DNA of 64,000 nucleotides, taken from assembly GCA_029938715.1 (NCBI GenBank), contig JAOZUK010000001.1, positions 23,912 to 87,911 of the forward strand. Reading direction: 5' to 3'. Shown here one piece after another: positions 1 through 9,987 of this stretch. Made by a program: the position numbers and the translations under genes. The DNA is from Bacteroidales bacterium. GTDB lineage: Bacteria > Bacteroidota > Bacteroidia > Bacteroidales > GCA-2748055. Below the pieces are notes generated by a model. The model did no database searches and was not told the origin of the DNA. It was given only the letters and a program-made list of their open reading frames with translations. Within the stretch, counting starts at the first letter, position 1; every line of letters begins with the position of its first letter.

Positions 1-148
1 CAACGATCAGCAATCCCCCGAAGGTGGCCACAATATCCAGTTCTTTCTTTCCCCACCTCCAGTTTGTTCTCCAGATATGGTATCCCCTGGCCCGCAAAAA
101 GCCCACCGCAAGTTGCTCCGCATTTCGGCCTATATCACAATGATTCAT
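1..148 (-). CDS. YraN/UPF0102 family protein, 5' part (runs off window start)
   Basis: Hand translation of the minus strand from ATG at 148 gives [41 protein letters not shown], matching the YraN pattern G..E..A..L...GY.I...N.R....E.DI.A. Confidence 0.8.
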   Translation of the reverse strand, partial: MNHCDIGRNAEQLAVGFLRARGYHIWRTNWRWGKKELDIVATFGGLLIV

Positions 149-209
149 CCGTGTAAGAGTTACAGGTAAATGTGTCCAACGGAGACCAAATCAGCGTTCA
201 TTTTATCAC

Positions 210-217
210 TATCTTTG
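210..217 (+). promoter_or_regulatory. Bacteroidota sigma70 -7 element (TATCTTTG) upstream of metG
   Basis: Exact TAnnTTTG match 22 nt before the metG ATG. Confidence 0.6.
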
Positions 218-239
218 TCCGGTCCAAAATGAACTCAAC

Positions 240-2276
240 ATGTCAACAAAAGATTATAAAAGATACTTAATTACTTCTGCCCTGCCCTATGCCAACGGTC
301 CCCTTCACCTGGGCCACCTGGCTGGTGTATATGTACCCTCCGATATCTATGTGAGATACCTTCGTCAGAGGAACAGAGATGTCATATCCATTTGCGGATC
401 GGATGAACATGGAGTGCCCATCACGCTAAAGGCCCGGAAAGAGGGAACTACTCCGCAGGATGTGGTGGATCGTTATCACTCCATCAACAAGAAAGCCTTT
501 GAAGATTTTGGAATCTCTTTTGATATCTACTCCAGAACCTCCAACAAGGTTCACCATGAAACAGCTTCTGAGTTTTTTACGACGCTCTATGACAAAGGGG
601 TTTTCATCGAAAAAACTTCTGAACAGTATTATGATGAAGAGGCCTCCACCTTTCTGGCCGACCGCTACATCACCGGCACATGTCCACATTGTGGAAACCC
701 TTGTGCCTATGGGGATCAGTGTGAACAATGCGGCACTTCCCTGAGCCCAGCTGATCTGGCCAATCCTGTATCCACCATCAGCGGCAGTAAACCTGTATTG
801 AGAGAGACCAGGCACTGGTACCTGCCACTGGATCAATACGAACCCTGGTTGAAGCAGTGGATCCTTGAGGAACATAAAGAGTGGAAGCCCAATGTGTATG
901 GCCAGTGCAAATCCTGGCTCGACCAGGGATTGCATCCCAGGGCTGTAAGCCGTGATCTGGACTGGGGAGTACCGGTCCCGGTGGAGGGGGCCGATGGAAA
1001 GGTGCTCTACGTATGGTTTGATGCTCCCATTGGCTATATTTCCGCCACCAAGGAGCTTACGCCTCAATGGGAAAAATACTGGAAGGATGAGGAGACCCGA
1101 ATGATCCATTTTATCGGGAAAGACAACATTGTTTTTCATTGCATCGTATTTCCAACCATGCTCAAGGCGGAAGGGAGTTATATACTGCCCGAAAATGTGC
1201 CTGCCAACGAATTCCTGAACCTGGAAAACGACAAAATTTCCACTTCCAGAAACTGGGCTGTATGGTTACACGAATACCTGGAAGATTTTCCTGGAAAACA
1301 GGATGTGCTTCGTTATGTTCTGTGCGCAAATGCACCTGAAAACAAGGACAACGATTTTACCTGGAAGGACTTTCAAAACAGAAACAACAATGAACTGGTA
1401 GCCATTTTGGGCAACTTTGTAAACCGGGTGCTGGTGCTGACGCATAAATACTTCCATGGGAAGGTCCCTGAAATAACAGGATTGCTTGACCGGGACAAGG
1501 CCGTGCTTGATGAGATAAAAACCATAGCAGGGGATGTGGAACGAAGCCTGGAGGTGTTCAGGTTCAGAGAAGCCATTAAAACGGCCATGGACCTGGCCAG
1601 GTTGGGAAATAAATACCTGGCCGACACCGAACCCTGGAAATTGATTAAAACAGATTCGGAACGGGTGAAAACCATCCTGAATGTGGCACTTCAGATCACC
1701 ACCAACCTAACCCTTCTGCTGGATCCCTTCTTACCCTTCTCTATGAAAACACTCAGGGGTATTCTGCAGTTTGATCAGACCTCCTGGGACCTGATTGGAT
1801 CGCCGGATCTGTTGGAAGCCGGACATACCATAGAGAAGGCCTCCCTGCTTTTTGAAAAGATTGAAGATGAACAGGTCCAGGCACAGCTTGACAAACTCAT
1901 GAGAACCAAAAAGGAGAATGAAGAGCCTGCAGAGGTGGCTCTCCAAAAAGAGGAGATCTCCTTCGACGATTTCTCCCGCATGGACCTCAGGACAGGAACC
2001 ATTCTTGAAGCTGAAAAGGTACCCAAAACAAAGAAGCTAATCAAAATGCAGGTGGACCTGGGTTTTGAAATACGTACCATCGTTTCGGGAATCGCTGAAC
2101 ATTACCGGCCGGAGGCATTACCGGGAAAAAAAGTGTGTGTTCTGGCCAACCTGTCACCCAGAAAAATTAAGGGCATTGAATCGCAGGGGATGATCTTGCT
2201 GTCCGAGAATCCGGAAGGTACTTTGCACTTTGTGGAGCCTGCCGCTGATGCAATCAACGGCTCTGAGATCAATTAA
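240..2276 (+). CDS. metG: methionine--tRNA ligase with C-terminal tRNA-binding domain
   Basis: [14 protein letters not shown], Zn knuckle CPHC...[21 protein letters not shown]-terminal OB domain (IVSGIA...SQGMIL). Confidence 0.98.
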   Translation: MSTKDYKRYLITSALPYANGPLHLGHLAGVYVPSDIYVRYLRQRNRDVISICGSDEHGVPITLKARKEGTTPQDVVDRYHSINKKAFEDFGISFDIYSRTSNKVHHETASEFFTTLYDKGVFIEKTSEQYYDEEASTFLADRYITGTCPHCGNPCAYGDQCEQCGTSLSPADLANPVSTISGSKPVLRETRHWYLPLDQYEPWLKQWILEEHKEWKPNVYGQCKSWLDQGLHPRAVSRDLDWGVPVPVEGADGKVLYVWFDAPIGYISATKELTPQWEKYWKDEETRMIHFIGKDNIVFHCIVFPTMLKAEGSYILPENVPANEFLNLENDKISTSRNWAVWLHEYLEDFPGKQDVLRYVLCANAPENKDNDFTWKDFQNRNNNELVAILGNFVNRVLVLTHKYFHGKVPEITGLLDRDKAVLDEIKTIAGDVERSLEVFRFREAIKTAMDLARLGNKYLADTEPWKLIKTDSERVKTILNVALQITTNLTLLLDPFLPFSMKTLRGILQFDQTSWDLIGSPDLLEAGHTIEKASLLFEKIEDEQVQAQLDKLMRTKKENEEPAEVALQKEEISFDDFSRMDLRTGTILEAEKVPKTKKLIKMQVDLGFEIRTIVSGIAEHYRPEALPGKKVCVLANLSPRKIKGIESQGMILLSENPEGTLHFVEPAADAINGSEIN

Positions 2277-2278
2277 TT

Positions 2279-3289
2279 CTAATTGGATAGGACCCAGCAG
2301 GATTTGAGTCCGGGCTCTGACTTAATCTCGGAAAGAACCCTCTCTGCCTCTGCTACTGTGGCATATGAAGCCACACTAACCCTGTACATCCTGTTCTCAG
2401 TAATAAGTACTTCGGACTTGTAACCTCTTGCCTTCAGCTGATCCTGCATTTCACTGGCATTTTTCAGATGTTTGAAGCTGCCGGCAATAATGTAATAATT
2501 GGGTGTCGCATCCACAGATTCGCCCTGAACCTCCTGAGATTCCGGGGATTCCGGGGATTCCGGGGCTGCTACCTCGGCTGCATTGTCTTTTTCCTCCCGG
2601 AGCTGCTCATTTTGCTGAATCGTCTCAATGGGAGGGCTCTTCTTCTGAATCCGGGACTCTTTGGTTGGATTTCCTTTGCGACCGATGGGAATAAAAATCA
2701 ATACCGCAAGGATAACAATCAAGGTGCCTGCCGTAATATAGATGGCCCTCCATCTTGTGATGTGCCTGCCGGTTCTCCCGTAAGGTTGTGGCTCAGGTGC
2801 TCTAACAGGTGCGTGGGGGGGGGCCTTTACAGAAACATCTACCTCTCTGTTCTCCTCTTCCGGGGGCAACTCCTCCAGCTCCAGCAGATCAAGTGATTCC
2901 AGTCCATAATGATCTGGTTCCAGCACCCATTCCGAAACCGCCTGGAAGTGAACTTTTCCATCATCATCCTTCAGAAAGGTTCCTGTTTCATGAACCAGAT
3001 AGGGTTCTCCCTTGTCCAGTGCAAATTTAATGGCATCGATCAACTCCAGCACTTTCTGGTCGGCCGCCTCCTGCTGTATTCCCTCTCCATATAACATGGT
3101 TGCTGCCAGCAATCCATCATCCTTGCTATATCCAGAATCAAACTTTACAGTTAAACCAGGTGGATTGATCTTACCCCCTGTTTGAGAAACTTCCCCTTTT
3201 ACTTCTTTCACTTCGAGATTACCAAAACCAGGAAAAACTACGCGTTTGCTGTCGTTCAGTAGTTGCCTTATATATTTCCCAATGATCAT
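2279..3289 (-). CDS. HU-like N-terminal domain / TM helix / C-terminal SPOR domain protein
   Basis: N-terminal VVFPGFG (HU/CCDC81-like), hydrophobic helix near aa 182-202, C-terminal YYIIAGSF...MYRVSVASY SPOR-type domain. Confidence 0.75.
   Translation of the reverse strand: MIIGKYIRQLLNDSKRVVFPGFGNLEVKEVKGEVSQTGGKINPPGLTVKFDSGYSKDDGLLAATMLYGEGIQQEAADQKVLELIDAIKFALDKGEPYLVHETGTFLKDDDGKVHFQAVSEWVLEPDHYGLESLDLLELEELPPEEENREVDVSVKAPPHAPVRAPEPQPYGRTGRHITRWRAIYITAGTLIVILAVLIFIPIGRKGNPTKESRIQKKSPPIETIQQNEQLREEKDNAAEVAAPESPESPESQEVQGESVDATPNYYIIAGSFKHLKNASEMQDQLKARGYKSEVLITENRMYRVSVASYATVAEAERVLSEIKSEPGLKSCWVLSN
2538..2564. repeat. in-frame 9-bp tandem repeat (GATTCCGGG)x3 encoding PES-PES-PES
   Basis: Three exact copies read directly. 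Confidence 0.9.
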
Positions 3290-3397
3290 CGCTGGTCAAA
3301 TGTGACGTAAAAGTAGTCAGTCAGCTGAGGAATTCAAAACGAAGTTATCAACCCGCAATTTTTACTATCTTCGTACACTGTTGCTGCAAAAAAAAAC

Positions 3398-4363
3398 ATG
3401 AACAAAGAAGAGAAGAACTTTGCACTAATAGGCGTTGCCGGCTACATCGCAGTGAGGCACGTGAGGGCCATCAAAGAGACTGGAAACAGGCTGGTGGCAT
3501 CCCTTGACCGTTTCGATAGTGTGGGTTTCATGGATAGCTATTTTCCTGATGCCGATTTTTTCACAGAATTCGAACGATTCGATCGCCACATCGCCAAGCT
3601 GAACAGACAGGGGACACAGTTGAACTATGTGAGTATCTGTTCCCCCAACTATCTGCACGATTCACACATTCGCTTTGCCCTCCGCAACGGTGCCGACGCC
3701 ATCTGTGAAAAACCACTGGTACTTAATCCATGGAATATAGATGCCCTGCAGGATTATGAGAAGGAGACCGGCAGGAAGGTGTGGAACATATTACAACTGA
3801 GGCATCACAAGGCCATTATGGATCTGAAAGAGAGGGTGAGTACCGGGCCCGTTAATAAGGTATATGACATCGACCTCTCATACATCACCAGCAGGGGGAA
3901 CTGGTACCACTACTCCTGGAAGGGGGATGAGGAGAAGTCGGGAGGTGTAGCCACTAACATAGGCGTACACTTTTTCGATATGCTCACCTGGATCTTTGGT
4001 CCCGTTAAAGAGAACAAGGTCCATTTTCTGAAGGCTGATAAAGCTGCTGGCTATCTTGAATTGGAACAGGCCAGGGTCCGCTGGTTTCTGAGCATAGATT
4101 ATGGAGATATCCCTGATAACCTGAAGGAATCCGGAGTTCGTACCTATAGATCCATCACCATTGATGGAACCGAAATTGAATTCAGTGGAGGTTTTACAGA
4201 TCTTCATACCATCTCCTACCAGAAGATCCTGAAAGGAAGCGGGTACGGACTGGAGGCTGCACGAAACTCTATTCAAACCGTTTACAATATTCGCAATACT
4301 GAGCCCGTTGGATTAACAGGTGATTACCACCCCATTATCAAAAAAATTAAAAATGATTTATAA
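3398..4363 (+). CDS. wbpB: Gfo/Idh/MocA oxidoreductase, WbpB-like UDP-GlcNAcA 3-dehydrogenase
   Basis: FALIGVAGYIA.RH, SICSPNYLHDSH, CEKPL, SGGVATNIGVHFFD, typical of WbpB/WlbA. Confidence 0.85.
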   Translation: MNKEEKNFALIGVAGYIAVRHVRAIKETGNRLVASLDRFDSVGFMDSYFPDADFFTEFERFDRHIAKLNRQGTQLNYVSICSPNYLHDSHIRFALRNGADAICEKPLVLNPWNIDALQDYEKETGRKVWNILQLRHHKAIMDLKERVSTGPVNKVYDIDLSYITSRGNWYHYSWKGDEEKSGGVATNIGVHFFDMLTWIFGPVKENKVHFLKADKAAGYLELEQARVRWFLSIDYGDIPDNLKESGVRTYRSITIDGTEIEFSGGFTDLHTISYQKILKGSGYGLEAARNSIQTVYNIRNTEPVGLTGDYHPIIKKIKNDL

Positions 4364-5645
4364 CGATCTATTAAGCAAAGACAAAAAGATGGCCATCATT
4401 GGCCTGGGTTATGTGGGGCTCCCCATCGCTCTTGAGTTTGCCAAAAAAATATCTGTGATCGGATTTGACATTAAGCCAGACCGTGTGGAGATGATGAAAA
4501 ACAAGGTGGACCCCAGCAACGAACTGGTTGCAGAAGATTTTGATGGTTGCGATATCCAGTTTACCTCAAACATTGAGGATATCAGGGAAGCCTCCTTCTA
4601 TATTATTGCTGTTCCAACCCCCATAGACGAACATAAGAAACCTGACCTGACACCGGTAATCTCTGCCACCGAAACGGTTGGGAAGGTGTTATCGGAGGGC
4701 GATTATGTGGTCTACGAATCGACGGTCTATCCTGGTTGTACCGAAGAGGATTGCATCCCTCTGCTAAGTAAGATCTCAGGCTTAACATATATGGATCAGT
4801 TTAAAGTGGGATTCTCACCTGAACGTATCAATCCTGGCGACAAAGAGCATACCCTTACACGCATTACCAAAGTCTCTTCAGGTTGTGACGCTGAGTCGGC
4901 CGAAGAGATTGCCAAAACCTATGAACTGGTCATTGAAGCAGGCGTGCACAGGGCCAGCTCCATCAAAGTGGCCGAAGCTGCCAAGATCATTGAAAACACC
5001 CAGCGTGATATCAACATAGCCTTTATGAACGAGCTCTCCATGATCTTTAACAAAATGGGTATCAATACCTATGAGGTGCTCGAGGCAGCTGGAACAAAAT
5101 GGAATTTCCTTAAGTTTTATCCCGGACTGGTGGGCGGGCACTGCATTGGCGTGGATCCTTATTATCTCACCTATAAATCGGCTAAATTCGGGCATCATGC
5201 CCAGATCATCAATGCAGGCAGGGGTATCAACGACGGAATGGCAGCCTATGTGGCCCGGCAGGTAACCCTGAAACTCTCTTCCTCCTTTCCAAACCTGAAG
5301 GATTGCCGTGTGTTGGTGATGGGTGCTACTTTTAAAGAAAATGTAAGCGATATCCGTAACTCAAAGGTGGCTGATGTGATTTCAGAACTCAAAGAGTTTG
5401 GGGTCATGGTCGATGTGGTGGACCCCTATGCTTCACCGGAGGAGATCAGAGAGGAGTATGATTTTGAGCTCGCTCCATCCATCGAAGGTCCCTATCATTG
5501 TGTTATTGTAGCCGTAAACCATACACAGTATACCAAATTGGATGAAGCCTATTTTCAATCCATCACTCATGAAGGTGCTATATTTGCAGATTTGAAAGGC
5601 ATCTTCAGGGATCAGATCACAAAACTGCAATACTGGAGCCTCTAA
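4353..5645 (+). CDS. UDP-N-acetylhexosamine 6-dehydrogenase (TviB/WbpO/CapL-like)
   Basis: IIGLGYVGLP, ESTVYPG, FSPERINPGD, GLVGGHCIGVDPYY; ATG at 4353 overlaps the end of wbpB. Confidence 0.9.
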   Translation: MIYNDLLSKDKKMAIIGLGYVGLPIALEFAKKISVIGFDIKPDRVEMMKNKVDPSNELVAEDFDGCDIQFTSNIEDIREASFYIIAVPTPIDEHKKPDLTPVISATETVGKVLSEGDYVVYESTVYPGCTEEDCIPLLSKISGLTYMDQFKVGFSPERINPGDKEHTLTRITKVSSGCDAESAEEIAKTYELVIEAGVHRASSIKVAEAAKIIENTQRDINIAFMNELSMIFNKMGINTYEVLEAAGTKWNFLKFYPGLVGGHCIGVDPYYLTYKSAKFGHHAQIINAGRGINDGMAAYVARQVTLKLSSSFPNLKDCRVLVMGATFKENVSDIRNSKVADVISELKEFGVMVDVVDPYASPEEIREEYDFELAPSIEGPYHCVIVAVNHTQYTKLDEAYFQSITHEGAIFADLKGIFRDQITKLQYWSL

Positions 5646-5656
5646 ATATCCTGGAT

Positions 5657-6691
5657 ATGTCAAAAATTCTTGTTACCGGTGGAACCGGGTACATCGGATC
5701 TCATACGGTGGTAGAACTTATGGAGGAGGGGTTTGAGGTGGTGATTATAGATAACCTTTCTAATTCGGAACTAGAGGTACTGGATGGGATCACTGCCATA
5801 ACCGGTAAAGAACCACATTTTGAAAAGGTGGACCTAAGGGATAGAGAGCTGGTTATTAAGGTCTTTGAGAAGCATCCCGATATTCAGTCCATTATACACT
5901 TTGCCGCTTTCAAAGCTGTGGGCGAGAGTGTGGATAAACCGTTGGCCTACTATGAGAATAACCTGCTGTCGCTGATCCACCTGCTGGAAGCCATGAAGCA
6001 GTTCAAGATAGCGCACCTGGTATTTTCCTCCTCATGCACCGTCTATGGAGAACCCGATTCATTACCTGTGGATGAGTCAGCCCCCATCAAAAAGGCCAAC
6101 TCACCTTATGGCAATACCAAGCAGATCTGCGAAGAAATCCTTCAGGATACCCTCGAATCTTCACCAGAGCTGGGGGTGATTTCGTTGCGTTACTTTAATC
6201 CCATTGGAGCACATCCCTCCTCAAAGATCGGAGAACTTCCCATTGGTGTGCCAAACAACCTGGTTCCTTTTGTCACCCAGACTGCTGCTGGCATCAGGGA
6301 GCGTTTAAATGTATTTGGCGATAATTACAATACACCCGATGGTTCGGCCGTCAGGGACTATATCAACGTGGTTGATCTGGCCAGGGCACATATTGTGGCC
6401 ATCAGGCGACTGCTTGCCAATAAACAGAAGACTGCCTTCGAAGTATTTAATCTGGGAACCGGAAAGGGATACTCTGTTCTTGAAATTATCCATGCTTTTG
6501 AGAAAGCCACCGGACAAAAGATCAATTTTAAGGTGGTGGATCGCCGTGAAGGAGATGTGGAACAGGTCTATGCCGATACAGCTTATGCCAACAGAGAGCT
6601 TGGCTGGAAAGCAGAAAAAGGGATTGAAGAAACCCTTCTTTCGGCCTGGAACTGGGAGAAGAATACCAGATCGAAAAAAAACAGATCATGA
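5657..6691 (+). CDS. galE: UDP-glucose 4-epimerase
   Basis: GGTGYIGSHT, HFAAFKAVGES, PYGNTK, LRYFNPIGAH. Confidence 0.95.
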   Translation: MSKILVTGGTGYIGSHTVVELMEEGFEVVIIDNLSNSELEVLDGITAITGKEPHFEKVDLRDRELVIKVFEKHPDIQSIIHFAAFKAVGESVDKPLAYYENNLLSLIHLLEAMKQFKIAHLVFSSSCTVYGEPDSLPVDESAPIKKANSPYGNTKQICEEILQDTLESSPELGVISLRYFNPIGAHPSSKIGELPIGVPNNLVPFVTQTAAGIRERLNVFGDNYNTPDGSAVRDYINVVDLARAHIVAIRRLLANKQKTAFEVFNLGTGKGYSVLEIIHAFEKATGQKINFKVVDRREGDVEQVYADTAYANRELGWKAEKGIEETLLSAWNWEKNTRSKKNRS

Positions 6692-7737
6692 AAACATTGC
6701 TGGTCACCGGGGGGGCAGGTTTTATCGGTTCCCATGTGGTAAGAAAAATGGTGTTAGATCATCCCGAATTCCATATTATCAACCTGGATCAACTCACCTA
6801 TGCAGGTAATCTTGAAAACCTCACCGACATTCAGGATGCACCCAATTACAGATTTATCCGGGGCAACATTGTGGACGGAACCTTTCTGGAGAAACTGTTT
6901 CAGGAAGAGGAGATTCATGGGGTGATCCACCTGGCAGCCGAGTCACACGTAGACCGCTCCATTGCAGATCCCATGTCATTTATTAATACAAACATTGTGG
7001 GTACAGTGAACCTTCTAAATGCATGCCGTAATGCCTGGAAGGATTTCGAAGGGAAGCTCTTCTACCATATCTCCACCGACGAGGTTTACGGGAGTCTGGG
7101 CTCCAGCGGACTTTTTACTGAAGATACCGCTTACGATCCCCGAAGTCCCTACTCTGCCTCAAAAGCCAGTTCGGACCACCTGGTAAGGGCTTACCATCAT
7201 ACCTATGGCATGCCTATAGTAATTTCGAACTGCTCAAATAATTATGGCCCAAACCAGTTTCCCGAGAAACTGATCCCACTGGCCATCAATAACATCCTTC
7301 AGATGAAACCCATTCCCATCTATGGAAAGGGTGAGAATGTAAGGGACTGGCTCTATGTAGAAGACCATGCTACGGCCATTGAGCTCATTTTCAGAAAAGG
7401 GAGCAATGGTCGGACCTACAACATTGGTGGATTAAACGAATGGCAAAATATCGACCTGATCCGGCTTCTGTGCAAAATTATGGATGAAAAGCTGGAGAGG
7501 GAGTCAGGTACCTCGGAGGGATTGATCACCTATGTGAAAGACCGGGCAGGTCACGATCTCCGGTACGCCATTGACAGCACCCGGATCGCAGAAGAACTGG
7601 ACTGGAAACCTTCACTGAATTTTGAGGAGGGCCTTGCAAGAACCGTCACCTGGTACCTGGAGAATCAGGAGTGGATGCAACGCATCACCTCTGGAGTTTA
7701 CCAGTCCTATTACGATCAACAATACAGAGATCGCTAA
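6688..7737 (+). CDS. rfbB: dTDP-glucose 4,6-dehydratase
   Basis: GGAGFIGS, HLAAESHVDRS, STDEVYG, PYSASKA, GHDLRYAID. Confidence 0.96.
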   Translation: MKTLLVTGGAGFIGSHVVRKMVLDHPEFHIINLDQLTYAGNLENLTDIQDAPNYRFIRGNIVDGTFLEKLFQEEEIHGVIHLAAESHVDRSIADPMSFINTNIVGTVNLLNACRNAWKDFEGKLFYHISTDEVYGSLGSSGLFTEDTAYDPRSPYSASKASSDHLVRAYHHTYGMPIVISNCSNNYGPNQFPEKLIPLAINNILQMKPIPIYGKGENVRDWLYVEDHATAIELIFRKGSNGRTYNIGGLNEWQNIDLIRLLCKIMDEKLERESGTSEGLITYVKDRAGHDLRYAIDSTRIAEELDWKPSLNFEEGLARTVTWYLENQEWMQRITSGVYQSYYDQQYRDR

Positions 7738-7745
7738 TGCCTTCT

Positions 7746-9635
7746 TTATTTCCTCGGCAAGCCTGAAACATCCAGTTTGGTATTCGGCATACCCATGTCT
7801 TTAGAATCTTTTATGGTAAGGATAATATCATTAAAATCGTGATCACAACTACTGCTGTTAACCTTAATATCTTCAAATGTCAGTACGATATCATCGCAAT
7901 CGCTACTTATAAAGAGGGTTGATTGCTGGGCCTGATCAATATTAAAAAGTTTATCTGTATAATGTGTATAGACACCATCTACCGTAAGACCGTTTTTCCA
8001 TCCCTGCGCAACAATGTAAAAGCCTATTACTGTTCCTGCCGGAAAGCTTTCGTCACCCAATTGTACACGGTCTCCAAAATCCAGGCCACCGCCTTCTCCG
8101 ACTTTTGATACGTTTGGAAAAACTATCAGCTTTTCAAAATCTTCGATGCTTTGCGGTGGGTTATCCGCAGGATAAGTATAGTAACCGAAAGTATTTCTCC
8201 ATCCGGCTCCTTCATCAATGAATGAAACGAAAACTGGTGTTTCCTCTGTAACATGAATATTCAGGTGGGCAGTATCACTGAAAAGGTCATCATGAATATT
8301 TCTCACATCCACGCTCTCAGGAAACATCTCCGAAATATTTGCCATCAATGTTTCACAGGGATCGGTAGGATCAACATCGTCGGGTACCCCTTCGTCAATA
8401 CTTATGGCAAGTATTTTTAATCCTCCGAGTCCTGTAGCAACAAAAATCACATTGTCTTTTGATTCTACAAAATTTGCGGATTGGGATTCGCCAAAATTCA
8501 TAGCCCCCAACATCCATAAGTTATCACTATCTTCTGCAATAAGTCCGCCCACATAAACGCCCGACTCACCATTTCCTATCAACACAAGGTCGCCATTGAG
8601 AGATACACTATTGGTTACATGAGCTTCATCCAAAGCGCCGGAAGGTGTAGCTGGTTTTGGAAGGCTTTGCTTTAGACTCCCGTCGAGATTGAGTATAGAA
8701 AGTCCTCCCTCATTCAATGCGGCAAAAATATACTCATCTGAAACAGCAATTTCAGATTTAGATTCCGGGATGGTCGCTCCGCCAAGATGATACGTCTTCG
8801 TATAGGTGGCATCAGGCAATTCAAATACATTCACCCGCCCTTCCTGACCTTGCAAGACGTAAAGGTGATCTGAATTTGCATCAACTGAGCGGGCATCCGA
8901 GATTTCCTCTGTACCTGCTTTTGTATAAGCAGCATCAAAAATAGTGAGATCACCAGCGGAACCGCTGGTTGCAAATATCTGACCGGCTGCTACCTTAATA
9001 TCGGTTCCGGCATAGGAAGAAATATCTATGATGGTTTCTACTTTTTCAAAGGCCATTGTTGCATCCAGTGATATCACTTCCATAAATGCGGGCGAAACAA
9101 ACCCTTTCTCTTCAAAATCTCCTGTTGCACCAACCACATAAATTTTTCCATCTGCATAGTCTACAGCACTTACATCCGTATTTACCAGTATGGCGCTTGA
9201 AATAATCACCGGATTCTTTAAATCAGAAACATCAAATATTTCTATACCACCCAGCCATTTTGACCCGCGGGTGTTATAGGTAACAATAGCATAATCATCT
9301 TTGATGGTGACATGGGTTGCTTGCAGCGTATTACCATGGTAAACTGGAGGATCAACTTCGGCCTTTAATTTAAAAACATAATTCTTTGTCAGGTCTATTT
9401 CCGGAAAATCATCAGTACTCTTCAGGTGTGAGGAAGTTTCCGTATCCTCAATGGGTACTATTTCATTTTTATAGCTTACCCTTGCTGCCAGTTGGGCAGG
9501 ATTGCTATTGATTAGTAAATTCCCTTTTTTAATAAAGTCATCTTCAGGATTATCTATGGGCGGGGAGTCTTTTTGGCAACTGAAGAGCGCAAATGCGGCA
9601 AATAGTATTAGGCTAATGAGACCAATATTTTTCAT
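7746..9635 (-). CDS. outer-membrane lipoprotein; putative beta-propeller plus C-terminal DUF4114/LruC-like domain
   Basis: Signal peptide with lipobox LFSC (Cys20); propeller-like strands (GGIEIFDVSD, VATGLGGLKIL); C-terminal EGAGWRNTFGYY...FEDI...DHDFNDII. Confidence 0.7.
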   Translation of the reverse strand: MKNIGLISLILFAAFALFSCQKDSPPIDNPEDDFIKKGNLLINSNPAQLAARVSYKNEIVPIEDTETSSHLKSTDDFPEIDLTKNYVFKLKAEVDPPVYHGNTLQATHVTIKDDYAIVTYNTRGSKWLGGIEIFDVSDLKNPVIISSAILVNTDVSAVDYADGKIYVVGATGDFEEKGFVSPAFMEVISLDATMAFEKVETIIDISSYAGTDIKVAAGQIFATSGSAGDLTIFDAAYTKAGTEEISDARSVDANSDHLYVLQGQEGRVNVFELPDATYTKTYHLGGATIPESKSEIAVSDEYIFAALNEGGLSILNLDGSLKQSLPKPATPSGALDEAHVTNSVSLNGDLVLIGNGESGVYVGGLIAEDSDNLWMLGAMNFGESQSANFVESKDNVIFVATGLGGLKILAISIDEGVPDDVDPTDPCETLMANISEMFPESVDVRNIHDDLFSDTAHLNIHVTEETPVFVSFIDEGAGWRNTFGYYTYPADNPPQSIEDFEKLIVFPNVSKVGEGGGLDFGDRVQLGDESFPAGTVIGFYIVAQGWKNGLTVDGVYTHYTDKLFNIDQAQQSTLFISSDCDDIVLTFEDIKVNSSSCDHDFNDIILTIKDSKDMGMPNTKLDVSGLPRK

Positions 9636-9679
9636 GGCTTATGCTTAAAGTTTTTATCATCGAATAATATATGCATGGC

Positions 9680-9710
9680 AAAAAAAAGGATGTCCTTTCT
9701 GACACCTTTT
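9680..9710 (-). terminator. intrinsic terminator-like hairpin between glmS and the lipoprotein gene
   Basis: Minus strand reads AAAAGGUGUC-AGAAAG-GACA(U)CCUUUU, ending in a U8 tract. Confidence 0.55.
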
Positions 9711-9987
9711 ACTTTTTACTTAAATTTTACATTAAAGTTGCATTTAAGGTGTTATAGTTTAGATAAAACACACTTTTTTTAACATGAAGTGAGTAGTTCA
9801 TGTCAGGGCTTTGGGATTATAATCCAGTATATGGATACTCCAAATGCATGCGATGAAAAGAGAAAACAATTATAAGTATCCTTTTGAGGATGTCATTGAA
9901 TCATTAAATAATTCCCTAACTCAGATTGGGAATGATGAACAATGGTTCGGGATGAAGACCTAAAAATCAAATCACCCCCGTTGGTGA

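Noticed and set aside
426-1139. 237-aa antisense ORF inside metG, and the many other shadow ORFs in the track
   Set aside because: They fully overlap well-supported genes on the opposite strand or frame and have no recognisable motifs
3388-3396. A9 tract just before the wbpB ATG as a phase-variation site
   Set aside because: A-rich sequence before start codons is normal for Bacteroidota translation initiation, and the tract is non-coding
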